Assembly: GCA_018238155.1 (NCBI GenBank)
Contig: JABCTZ010000032.1
Span: 298,491-362,490 of the forward strand
Direction of reading: 5' to 3'
Origin: Candidatus Heimdallarchaeota archaeon
Lineage (GTDB): Archaea; Asgardarchaeota; Heimdallarchaeia; JABLTI01
Length of the DNA: 64,000 bases
Position numbers and translations under genes: made by a program. A model generated the notes under the pieces. It had not been told where the DNA came from. It searched no databases and saw nothing but the letters and a program-made list of their open reading frames with translations. Below, one piece after another: positions 1 through 8,437 of this stretch; positions within the stretch are counted from its first letter, which is position 1; the number at the start of each line of letters is the position of its first letter.

Positions 1-72
1 GTTTTTGAGAACTGCAGTCTCGACTGTTTTTCTTATCAGCCGAGCGCTCTAACCAAGCTGAGCTACGGGCCC
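1..72 (-). tRNA. tRNA-Ile(GAT), 5' exon plus start of a canonical intron; truncated by window edge
   Basis: Reverse complement from 72: GGGCCCG-TA-GCTC-AGCTTGGTTA-GAGC-G-CTCGG-CT-GAT-A. The expected 3' anticodon stem (CCGAG) is replaced by AGAAAAACAGTCG..., consistent with an intron at position 37/38. Confidence 0.9.
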
Positions 73-378
73 CTTTGTATTGTTTTAATACTTCTGATTT
101 TGACTTTTTTCACTTAAAAAAGTTTATGATTGGATTATATATTCTCTTTTTGGTTTGTTCAATCTATTCGTTTAATAGTTTTTACTCTTAAAGCTGTTTT
201 ACTTATTGTTAAAAAACAGTCTTTTCGTTTCTTACTTACTTTTATTATACTTTACCTACAAACCAAAGTTTAAAATAAACAAGTACAAACGTTATATTGA
301 ATTTAGAAAGCTAATTATAGGAAATTGACAAAAACATAGTATACTAAATTAGTAATATAAAATGGCAGGGAACTCAAC

Positions 379-957
379 ATGTCACAAAATAATGGAAAAG
401 CAATAAACGCAATCTTAAAATTAGTACTCCTAGGTGATGGTGCTGTAGGGAAAACAACTATGAGGCGCCAATTTCTTGGTGAAGGATTTAAAGCAGGTTA
501 TTCTGCAACCATTGGTGCTGATTTTGCTATTAAAAGAATCAATCTTGAAAATTATCGTTTAACATTTCAGATTTGGGATTTAGCAGGTCAACAAAGATTC
601 GCTGCTGTTAGGGAATTATACTATCGAGGTTCTCGTGGTGCTTTGTTAGTTTTTGATGTTACTAACCCCAGTTCATTTAACAATCTCCCCACTTGGCTTG
701 AAGAGCTCTGGAAAAAAGCCGGTCGTGTTCCTATGATTCTCTGTGGAAACAAAATTGATCTTCGTTCTGAAGTTCCTAAAAGCATCGCTCCCGAATTAGG
801 TCAAGAATACGCGAGAAGACTTTCAGAAGCATTAGGGTATGAAGTTCCTTATATTGAAACCAGTGCTAAAACCGGCGAGAAAGTTAATGAGGCCTTCTTC
901 ATGCTTGGTTTGAGTATTATTCGTTCTGTTAAAAAACCAAAAACTATTCTCGAATGA
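379..957 (+). CDS. Rab-like small GTPase (Ras superfamily)
   Basis: G1 GDGAVGKT, G2 TIGADF, G3 WDLAGQQRF, YYRG, G4 NKID, G5 ETSAK; no C-terminal Cys prenylation motif. Confidence 0.95.
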   Translation: MSQNNGKAINAILKLVLLGDGAVGKTTMRRQFLGEGFKAGYSATIGADFAIKRINLENYRLTFQIWDLAGQQRFAAVRELYYRGSRGALLVFDVTNPSSFNNLPTWLEELWKKAGRVPMILCGNKIDLRSEVPKSIAPELGQEYARRLSEALGYEVPYIETSAKTGEKVNEAFFMLGLSIIRSVKKPKTILE

Positions 958-962
958 TATGT

Positions 963-997
963 GATAGACTTTCTATCTCATCATTTTTTTTCTTTTT
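963..997 (+). terminator. Hairpin plus T-tract after first GTPase
   Basis: GATAGA-ctt-TCTATC followed by TTTTTTTTCTTTTT. Confidence 0.5.
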
Positions 998-1146
998 CCC
1001 TTCCGCAATGATTACTATTTTAAAGTAGTATGTTTATCTATCATTTGCCTTAATCGATTCTGCAGTATAGCAAATCCTTTAAAGGAATACTCTTTCACAA
1101 TAAAAAGAGAATTTTAAATTTAATTGTATATGGAGCTTGAATAAAA

Positions 1147-1716
1147 GTGAGTAGACCTCAAAAATCATCAGTATATAAAGTAGTTTTACTTGGAGACGGT
1201 GCTGTCGGTAAAACGAGCATTAGACAACAATATCTTGGAAAAGGGTTCAAAGAAGGTTACTCTATGACCATTGGCGCAGATTTCTGCGTTAAACGTGTTG
1301 AGCTCTCTGATATGATTATTACCTTTCAAATATGGGATCTTGCAGGTCAACAAAGATTTGATGTAGTTCGAGAAGTATATTATCGCGGTAGTAGTGGTGC
1401 ATTATTGATTTTTGATGTTTCAAATCCAGGCTCCTTTGAGAATTTACCTGCTTGGTTAAATGAATTAACCAAAAACAATTACGATCGTATTGTTCCCATT
1501 GTTTTAATTGGAAATAAAACTGATTTACGTGGAACGGCTCCTTGTTTACCTAAAGAAGCAGGACAACAATATGCCGCTGCTTTAACCCAATGGACTGGTT
1601 TTGATGTGCCTTATCTTGAAACATCAGCAAAATCTGGTATAAATATTGAAAAGGCATTTGGTCTTCTTTCAAAGCAAATTGAACTTTTCTTAGATAAATA
1701 TAGACTACGAGGATAA
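1147..1716 (+). CDS. Rab-like small GTPase, tandem paralogue
   Basis: GDGAVGKT, TIGADF, WDLAGQQRF, NKTD, ETSAK; GTG start. Confidence 0.95.
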   Translation: MSRPQKSSVYKVVLLGDGAVGKTSIRQQYLGKGFKEGYSMTIGADFCVKRVELSDMIITFQIWDLAGQQRFDVVREVYYRGSSGALLIFDVSNPGSFENLPAWLNELTKNNYDRIVPIVLIGNKTDLRGTAPCLPKEAGQQYAAALTQWTGFDVPYLETSAKSGINIEKAFGLLSKQIELFLDKYRLRG

Positions 1717-1838
1717 CCTCGTTTTCTCACCTCCTTTTTATGTTCGGTTCTTAAGAAATCCTTTTTAATGAAAAATGTTCGAAATAGTCAAAGAATACTA
1801 CTTAGTGATATTATAAAGTTAAAGGATGAGTCAAATTT

Positions 1839-2342
1839 ATGTCAAAAACAAAGAAAAGTAGTAAAGATGCAAAAAAGGTTGAAGAAGACGTTCCTCTTAT
1901 GGAGCGATTGCCATCAAATTTGCCTTTTGCACCTATGGTTCGAAGACCTGATTACCAACTGAGATTTGTAAAACTCTCAGTTCCAACATCTATACCAATT
2001 GAGATAATAATCGCGGTAGTATTTATTGGATTATTCTTTATCTATATGGGCGGATTTTATGATTTAGCTCAAGACAATATAAGCGCTTTTGGTTCTGGTC
2101 AAGATGGTAATCCAATAGTAATTTATCCCGGACAATTAGATTCTCAATTTCTTGTAGAAGGAATGGCTGCAGGACTACTAATGTTTATTGGAGCTGGTGG
2201 TTTCTTTATGCTTTATTATTCAACACAATATGCTTATTCGCCAAAAAATGCCACTATTCTTTTAGTAGTTGGAATTGGCATTGTCGGACTTGCATGGATA
2301 GCAATAATGTATATGTTGCTTTCGAAAATGGGTATTTGGTGA
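1839..2342 (+). CDS. OSTC/DC2-like (OST3/OST6 family) oligosaccharyltransferase subunit
   Basis: Three TM helices. GGFYDL...QFLVEGMAAGLLMFIGAGGF parallels the eukaryotic DC2 pattern GGIIYD...[20 protein letters not shown] (recalled). Confidence 0.75.
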   Translation: MSKTKKSSKDAKKVEEDVPLMERLPSNLPFAPMVRRPDYQLRFVKLSVPTSIPIEIIIAVVFIGLFFIYMGGFYDLAQDNISAFGSGQDGNPIVIYPGQLDSQFLVEGMAAGLLMFIGAGGFFMLYYSTQYAYSPKNATILLVVGIGIVGLAWIAIMYMLLSKMGIW

Positions 2343-2356
2343 GAATATAAATTTAC

Positions 2357-2398
2357 GAAGGAAGGCTTTTTTGCTTTGCTTCATTTTTCATTTCTTTC
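2357..2398 (+). terminator. Hairpin plus T-tract after OSTC-like gene
   Basis: GAAGGAAGGC-tttttt-GCTTTGCTTC then T-rich run. Confidence 0.45.
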
Positions 2399-2492
2399 TG
2401 CTTGATCTAAAATGATTTGAAATAAGCTGGGATTAGTAGGAGAAAAATATGTGATTGTATTAATATCAATCACAGAGAAAAAAATAGCTATT

Positions 2493-2903
2493 TTACTTTT
2501 CATCTTTAAATTGTTTTTCGATTAATTCCTGGAAAACTTTCTTCTTTTTTGCCCCTGAAAATTGACCAATTACTTTCCCTTCTTTAAAGAGATAAAATGT
2601 TGGGACATATCTAATTTGATATTGAATTGCTGCTTGCCTTTCATGATCCGTATTAATTTTACCAAAAGCAACTTTTCCTTTATAGATTTCAGCTAAATCC
2701 TGTGTTATTGGGTCCATTATTTTACAAGGTGGACACCAAGTAGCATAGAAATCAACTATTACATTTTTGTTATTATTGATAAATGGTTGAAGATCTTTGT
2801 TCTTTAAAACCGTAACTTCTCCGCTTGCACTTTGATTTTGATTCATAATATCACTAACAATTTTTGCTTTTATTTGTTCTAATTCTTTATCTTCTAAACT
2901 CAA
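2493..2903 (-). CDS. trxA: Thioredoxin
   Basis: VDFYATWCPPCK active site, cis-Pro VPT, FKEG. Confidence 0.92.
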   Translation of the reverse strand: MSLEDKELEQIKAKIVSDIMNQNQSASGEVTVLKNKDLQPFINNNKNVIVDFYATWCPPCKIMDPITQDLAEIYKGKVAFGKINTDHERQAAIQYQIRYVPTFYLFKEGKVIGQFSGAKKKKVFQELIEKQFKDEK

Positions 2904-3260
2904 TTTTATTACCTCGTATAAGTTTTACTCTTAATAAGTTTTTCAAGAGACCCAATTACAAATTACATTGGATACCTTGATAACTGTTTTTTATCAGCTA
3001 TAAGATATGAGCTGAATAAATTTACTACTGAAATTATTTAAGTTTTCTATTTTAGAAACTAAGTTTTGATTTACTTTCTTTCTTTCTTTCTTTCTTAAGT
3101 TTACTCTATTTAATTTAACTTTCAATAAGAAAATCTTTAGTATAGAAAGACAGTAAATAATATTAACTACAATAGCACAGTTAGTTATTAGTAATAGTGT
3201 TTATTCACTTCCTCCCAATGATGAACCTTCAAAAGAAGACAGTAAGGAAAGTATGTTACA

Positions 3261-4787
3261 ATGGCTGAAATGGAACTTTATATGATTCTCGGAGTTACAG
3301 GTATCTTTGTGTTAGTTATCGGTGCAATCCTTTGGAATCAAATTAGACAGACAAAAAAGAAAAGTAATCTAAGCGAATCTGCTCATATTAGTCCATCTAG
3401 TTTTAATGCCGAAGATAAGACAAAAATGCTCTTTCGTTTGGACAAACGAGAAACACAACTAAGAAGAGAACGTATCTTAGAAGGGGGCACTTTACCTGAA
3501 CTATCGGAATTAGTTATTTACTCACCTGTTAAGAGTGAAAAAATAGATTCTAAAGAAGTTGATATCAGAGGCAAAGTAGCAATTAAATCTATTGTATGGA
3601 TAAATTGTCAAGCTGCCTTTGTTGATGTAGATGGTTCTTTTATTGGTTCAGTTCCTCTAACTCGAGGTAAAAATAATCTTGAAATTGTTGTAATAGGTCC
3701 ATATGGGAAATCAATTTATACATCATTTGATGTTAATTGCACTTCAAAAGAAGCACCAAATTTACCTGCCGGTGCTAGTATGCTCTTACCTAATATTGGA
3801 CTTGATATACATACTAAAACAAGTACTGAATCGTTTATCCCTGATTCAGAAAATGTTTCTGCAGAAGATGGAGTGCCTGCAATGAAATACGCTTCTATTT
3901 CTGATCCAATTATCGTCTCTGAAAATGAAATTGATCCCTCTGTTTTGGCTGCTTTAAAGGGTGACCCAATAGTAGATACTCCAGTTGATATTCCTGACAT
4001 CCCTGATATCGGTAGCATAGAAGCAGAAGAAACAATGGAAATTCCGGATATCCCCGATATTTTGGGCGATGAAACGGTTGATGAAGTTCAGATACCTGAT
4101 ATCCCTGATGTAAATCTAGATGAGGAAGATGAAGCGTCTGAAGAATCTTCTATCACAGAAGACTCAAAAGCAATTGAAGAATCTGTAAAAATCATTGAAG
4201 AAACAATAAAAATTGAAGAAGAAAGTGAAAAAGATGAAAGTCAATTTCCATTAGATAAAATGCTTCCAATCCAACCTGGCGATAAAGTGAAAGAGGTGGA
4301 AGAGGAAAAAATTGAGCTTTCTGAATTTCAACCATTAAAACAAACCATTGTTGGTCTTCAAGAATTAACGGTAGAAACCACTCATCAAAAATTAAATGAT
4401 GAGCGCTCGACTGAAATTTTGCTACATTCAGGTTTCATCTCCAGAGAAGATGGAGAACAAATTAAAGTGGTAAAAATAGAGAAACGGATCGAGAAAATTG
4501 ATGATAAATGGTTCTCAACACTCGGTATAGCAAATTTAACTGATGCAGAACTAAGTCTGATAGAAATTTCTGAATATATATCCGGAACGTTCAAGATAAA
4601 GGATATGCTCCCTGTGAATGTTTTAGAACCAATTATTGGTACTTCACCTGAAGGTGTAAAAATCACCTGGACAATTAATGAGGTGAAACCACAAATGAAA
4701 TTGTTCATAACATATAATGAAGATATTAATCCGTTAACACTAATCTCTGAAGAACAAAAAACACCAAAAATAACTATTAGAAGATAG
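3261..4787 (+). CDS. Membrane-anchored protein: N-terminal TM, Ig-like domain, acidic IPDIPD-repeat linker, C-terminal beta-sandwich
   Basis: TM near residues 6-25; DGSFIGSVPLTRGKNNLEIVV Ig-like pattern; long D/E-rich region. Confidence 0.7.
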   Translation: MAEMELYMILGVTGIFVLVIGAILWNQIRQTKKKSNLSESAHISPSSFNAEDKTKMLFRLDKRETQLRRERILEGGTLPELSELVIYSPVKSEKIDSKEVDIRGKVAIKSIVWINCQAAFVDVDGSFIGSVPLTRGKNNLEIVVIGPYGKSIYTSFDVNCTSKEAPNLPAGASMLLPNIGLDIHTKTSTESFIPDSENVSAEDGVPAMKYASISDPIIVSENEIDPSVLAALKGDPIVDTPVDIPDIPDIGSIEAEETMEIPDIPDILGDETVDEVQIPDIPDVNLDEEDEASEESSITEDSKAIEESVKIIEETIKIEEESEKDESQFPLDKMLPIQPGDKVKEVEEEKIELSEFQPLKQTIVGLQELTVETTHQKLNDERSTEILLHSGFISREDGEQIKVVKIEKRIEKIDDKWFSTLGIANLTDAELSLIEISEYISGTFKIKDMLPVNVLEPIIGTSPEGVKITWTINEVKPQMKLFITYNEDINPLTLISEEQKTPKITIRR

Positions 4788-4796
4788 GTCATATCC

Positions 4797-6116
4797 CTAT
4801 ATTCTAATTATTTTTTTCTTCTTTAATTGAATGTATTTTGAGAAAATCTTTTTTAGCACTTGATAATCTGTCAAGATTCCTTTTGGACCTGATTTTACTT
4901 TTCGAAGTCTAAGTGGAACTGAATCCATTCTATATGCAGTACCTGTTGATTCAACACCTGAAATTGTTACTGGAAAAACTACTTCAGCTAAGCGTGTTGT
5001 AGGTGTTTCGTATGGATCTAGTGCAATAACAGGTATCTGAGAGAAATGGTTCATTACTTTTCTAGGAGAATTTCCGACTGGATCTGAAGCAACAATAAAT
5101 GCTGCATCAGCTTCTTGTTGAGATAATACACTGGCCATAGAAAATTCTCCGGGATTATATTGAGGAAATCCTCTTGTAAGAGAAACTGCAAATGGATAAC
5201 CAGATATCCAAGTAATTACATTTTGAGCTCCCGTGACATTATAGTGACCTCGAAGTGGCATAACATAGAATTTTGTATGTTCATTTAAATCGCGAACTAA
5301 GCTTAATGCAGCATCTACATTTCTATGTTTGCCTTTTGTAGTAGCTAAACCCAAACCAAAGAAAATCACTCCATGTTTTGCCTTTTTCATTATTTCAGCT
5401 AATTGTTGAATTTTCTCTATCGGAATGCCTGCGACTACATTCTCTGTTATTTCTCTGCCCCGAAGTATTGCTCTTAGAGCACTAATGAATTCAAAATCAC
5501 CATCTGGTTCGATTTGTATGAAATGATTAGCTAATTTTGCCGTTTCTGTAAAACGTATGTCAATTACCACAACAGTCCGTTCTTGAAATCCTTTTTCTCG
5601 AAAATAACCTCTTGGAAAAGTTGTATATCTACTCATATGTCTTGGATGTGCTTCCATTGGATTACAACCAAGATAAATAATGAGGTCAGATCTGTTCCTG
5701 ATTTCTCCCAAAGTACAACCAGCTAAACCAATTTCTTGTATACCCATAACAGAAGGTCCATGACAAACAGAAGGACAATGATCCCAAATTGCTCCTGCTT
5801 CTTCAGCTAATTTTATGCTTTCTTTGTGAGCTTCAGCTTCTGTTGAACCGAATCCATAGAAGATTGGAAATTCTGCTTCAAAAAGTATTTCTGCCGCTTT
5901 CACAGCTGCTTCATCATAACTTACCGGGGTGAATATACCGTCAATTTTTATCAATGGAGAGAGGAGTCTTTTTCCATCTTTATTCCCTGTGATTTTAACT
6001 GCTCCTAATTGGCAAGCATTTTTTACTTCAATTATTTCTTCCTTTTCTAAAACAACTTCAATATCATCACAGAGACTTCCACAGAAAGGGCAAACTACAT
6101 CTTTAACTACTTTCAA
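4797..6116 (-). CDS. fwdB: Formylmethanofuran dehydrogenase subunit B
   Basis: CPFCGSLCDD...C [4Fe-4S], SVCHGPS metal-ligand Cys, AHPRHMSRY, RGHYNV, GTAYRMD. Confidence 0.95.
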   Translation of the reverse strand: MKVVKDVVCPFCGSLCDDIEVVLEKEEIIEVKNACQLGAVKITGNKDGKRLLSPLIKIDGIFTPVSYDEAAVKAAEILFEAEFPIFYGFGSTEAEAHKESIKLAEEAGAIWDHCPSVCHGPSVMGIQEIGLAGCTLGEIRNRSDLIIYLGCNPMEAHPRHMSRYTTFPRGYFREKGFQERTVVVIDIRFTETAKLANHFIQIEPDGDFEFISALRAILRGREITENVVAGIPIEKIQQLAEIMKKAKHGVIFFGLGLATTKGKHRNVDAALSLVRDLNEHTKFYVMPLRGHYNVTGAQNVITWISGYPFAVSLTRGFPQYNPGEFSMASVLSQQEADAAFIVASDPVGNSPRKVMNHFSQIPVIALDPYETPTTRLAEVVFPVTISGVESTGTAYRMDSVPLRLRKVKSGPKGILTDYQVLKKIFSKYIQLKKKKIIRI

Positions 6117-6141
6117 ATTTAATCACCAATAGATAGTTGTT

Positions 6142-6561
6142 CTAACTGATTTTTTTGGCTTGTTTTTCTAATATTTGAACAAGTTCCTCTACTTCAAGTA
6201 TTTTTTCTTTTGTTGGAGTAATCTTTGCATTGACACCTTTATATTGTGGAACCCCAATGCCTGCTGATCCTGGAGGTGTAATCCAATTTGCGTACATACC
6301 GAGCGGCATAAAGATAATCCCTTCATGTGGAGCATCTTTAGAAAGTCTCGCACTAACAGTAATTTCTCCTTCAGAAGTAGAAATTTTGACGTTATCATTT
6401 TCTTTTACATCAAGTTTCTCCATATCTTTAGGATCTAAGTAGCAAACTCCAGTAGCTATTCTGGCTTTCTCAGAAATTTTAATGCCAACCAAAGTGACTC
6501 CTTGTTCTATTGTTCTACCTGAGGTAAATATTACTTCCAAAGAAGGCTTTTGTTCAGACAT
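6142..6561 (-). CDS. fwdD: Formylmethanofuran dehydrogenase subunit D
   Basis: SGRTIEQG, GIIFMPLGMYAN, GVPQYKG (molybdopterin dinucleotide-binding fold); adjacent to fwdB. Confidence 0.92.
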   Translation of the reverse strand: MSEQKPSLEVIFTSGRTIEQGVTLVGIKISEKARIATGVCYLDPKDMEKLDVKENDNVKISTSEGEITVSARLSKDAPHEGIIFMPLGMYANWITPPGSAGIGVPQYKGVNAKITPTKEKILEVEELVQILEKQAKKIS

Positions 6562-6644
6562 GCTAATAATCAACTATTCTATCTTTTTTTTCTAGTTTTA
6601 ATTCTTTTTATTAGATTTCTTACGAAGAGATTAATTTAGCTTTG

Positions 6645-7178
6645 TTAGAATTTACTAGCTATTTTTTCTGCAAGCTCTGTTCTTTGAATCTCTTGATTTA
6701 TACTTCTTATTATTTGATTTATTATTATTGCTTGCACACCTGCAGTTAAAAGATCCCAATTACTAATATAAGGTGCCAAATAAAGCGATATATCATTATT
6801 ATCAGAAATCAGATTTAATTGAAGCGAATGTTGAATAATTTGAGCAAAATCAGGATATTGGCTAATTTTTGAAATACATTCTTCTCGTATATCATCAACA
6901 AAATCATCCAAAAAATGAAGGTTTTTTTTAGTTATTGCTTTCAAAGTAAGTAGAACACTATTCAAATTATCAATGCTTGCTTTTTTGAAGTTGAAATTCT
7001 TGAATCTATCTGAATTTGTTCCAGATTGTTGTAAAACTAAGGCTTCAACAAGTAGTGTTGCTTCATCTAAGGTATGTGTAAATTCCTCAGCAGCTTGTTT
7101 TATTCTAGGTCGTAAATATCTTCGATTTTTGAACATGACTGAAACCTGTTGTGTTTTTACATCGTAATAAAAGAACAT
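6645..7178 (-). CDS. Hypothetical helical protein within the fwd locus
   Basis: 177-aa ORF, co-oriented upstream of fwdD; no recognised motif. Confidence 0.55.
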   Translation of the reverse strand: MFFYYDVKTQQVSVMFKNRRYLRPRIKQAAEEFTHTLDEATLLVEALVLQQSGTNSDRFKNFNFKKASIDNLNSVLLTLKAITKKNLHFLDDFVDDIREECISKISQYPDFAQIIQHSLQLNLISDNNDISLYLAPYISNWDLLTAGVQAIIINQIIRSINQEIQRTELAEKIASKF

Positions 7179-7317
7179 TTAAACCTATTTTTCTAGTTGA
7201 TATTACATGAAAAACCTCTTCTATAATATCAAAAGAGAATGATTGTTGTACAATTAATTAATGCTTTAACAAGAAAATATAAGAATATTAAAAAAACAGA
7301 AATTATCTCATCCAAGA

Positions 7318-7626
7318 GTGTTTCCTTTGCCAGTCCATGAACGAATTACTTACCGAATTGCTATTGATGCATCTCTCTGTAACGGTTGTAATAATTGTAC
7401 AACTGCTTGTCCAGTAAATGCTGTTCTGGGTGAAGATGAACGATTTGACACCGAAGAGGATCCCAGGGTAATTGCAATAAAAAATGGTGTTGCAGTTGTT
7501 ATTAATCCCTTTAGATGTGATGGAGACGGAGTCTGTATGATTGTTTGTCCGCAAAATTGTATTTCTATTGAATTTATTCCATTAGATGAGTATATTGAAG
7601 TTGAACGGGAAACTTCCAAAACTTAA
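7318..7626 (+). CDS. 2x[4Fe-4S] ferredoxin, FwdG/FwdH-like
   Basis: CNGCNNCTTACP and CDGDGVCMIVCP motifs; fwd context. Confidence 0.85.
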   Translation: MFPLPVHERITYRIAIDASLCNGCNNCTTACPVNAVLGEDERFDTEEDPRVIAIKNGVAVVINPFRCDGDGVCMIVCPQNCISIEFIPLDEYIEVERETSKT

Positions 7627-7669
7627 TTTTAGCTTTATTAAAAAATTCAGAATTATTGAGGTTAAAAAA

Positions 7670-8437
7670 ATGACTCGAGTGCCCTCTGTTAAAAGAAAAA
7701 TGAATTTAGTAACTACAGAACGGAAGGATCGCTACGATAAAACCTCTCTTGTTTTAGATCTTGAGAAATGTACAGGTTGTAATCTTTGTTGGACCATTTG
7801 TCCAAGATATGCTATTGAGCGAGGGCCAATTGGAGCATCTTTAAGGGATCGTGTAATTGCTCCACCAATAAGAATTAATTACCACAAGTGTGTCTTTTGT
7901 GGTTTATGTGCTTATATTTGCCCATTTGATGCTTTATCCTTAATTGTTAATGATAAACCAGCTGAGAAAATAAAAAGTGGAGTATCAATACCTTTTCTTA
8001 AAGGGCACAAAATAAAGGTTAGCCGAACAGGTCATACTGCCTTAAAATTTATTGATGGAAAAATATCAGTTGATGATGATGAATGTCCTGGAGGGTGTTC
8101 GACATGTATCGATGTCTGTCCTGTTGAATGCCTTACTCTTCCAGTATCCTCTAAGGAGAAACCTTGGGAAAAAGTACCAAAAGTTGGTGTGGATAGAGAA
8201 AAGTGTCTCTTCTGTGGTGCTTGTCTATTTGCTTGTCCGGCAAATGGTGCTGTAAAGCTAGAGCGGACTGAGATAAAGTGTAGTGAGGAAGGTTCTGAGA
8301 GTAGAATATGGAAAAATCTAGAAACAAAATTGAAGAAACCAGTACAATCTCGAGATTGGTTCTTTGAAAAAAGAGTAAAAGCAGCTCCTGGTGGTGGACA
8401 AAAATTAGCTCCAAAAAGAAAAAATCTAAAGGATTAA
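7670..8437 (+). CDS. fwdF: Polyferredoxin, FwdF-like (four [4Fe-4S] motifs)
   Basis: CTGCNLCWTICP, CVFCGLCAYICP, CPGGCSTCIDVCP, CLFCGACLFACP; GAGG precedes ATG 7670. Confidence 0.85.
   Translation: MTRVPSVKRKMNLVTTERKDRYDKTSLVLDLEKCTGCNLCWTICPRYAIERGPIGASLRDRVIAPPIRINYHKCVFCGLCAYICPFDALSLIVNDKPAEKIKSGVSIPFLKGHKIKVSRTGHTALKFIDGKISVDDDECPGGCSTCIDVCPVECLTLPVSSKEKPWEKVPKVGVDREKCLFCGACLFACPANGAVKLERTEIKCSEEGSESRIWKNLETKLKKPVQSRDWFFEKRVKAAPGGGQKLAPKRKNLKD

Noticed and set aside
3075-3096. (TTTC)n microsatellite
   Set aside because: Short low-complexity tract in an AT-rich spacer; no evidence of function.
3218-3268. ATGATGA...CTGA spaced like a C/D sRNA
   Set aside because: The D box overlaps the start of the next CDS, there is no convincing C'/D' or terminal stem, and I could not identify a target.
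4797-6116. Selenocysteine/SECIS in fwdB
   Set aside because: The ligand codon is Cys and there is no in-frame TGA; no credible Sec read-through ORF seen in the window.
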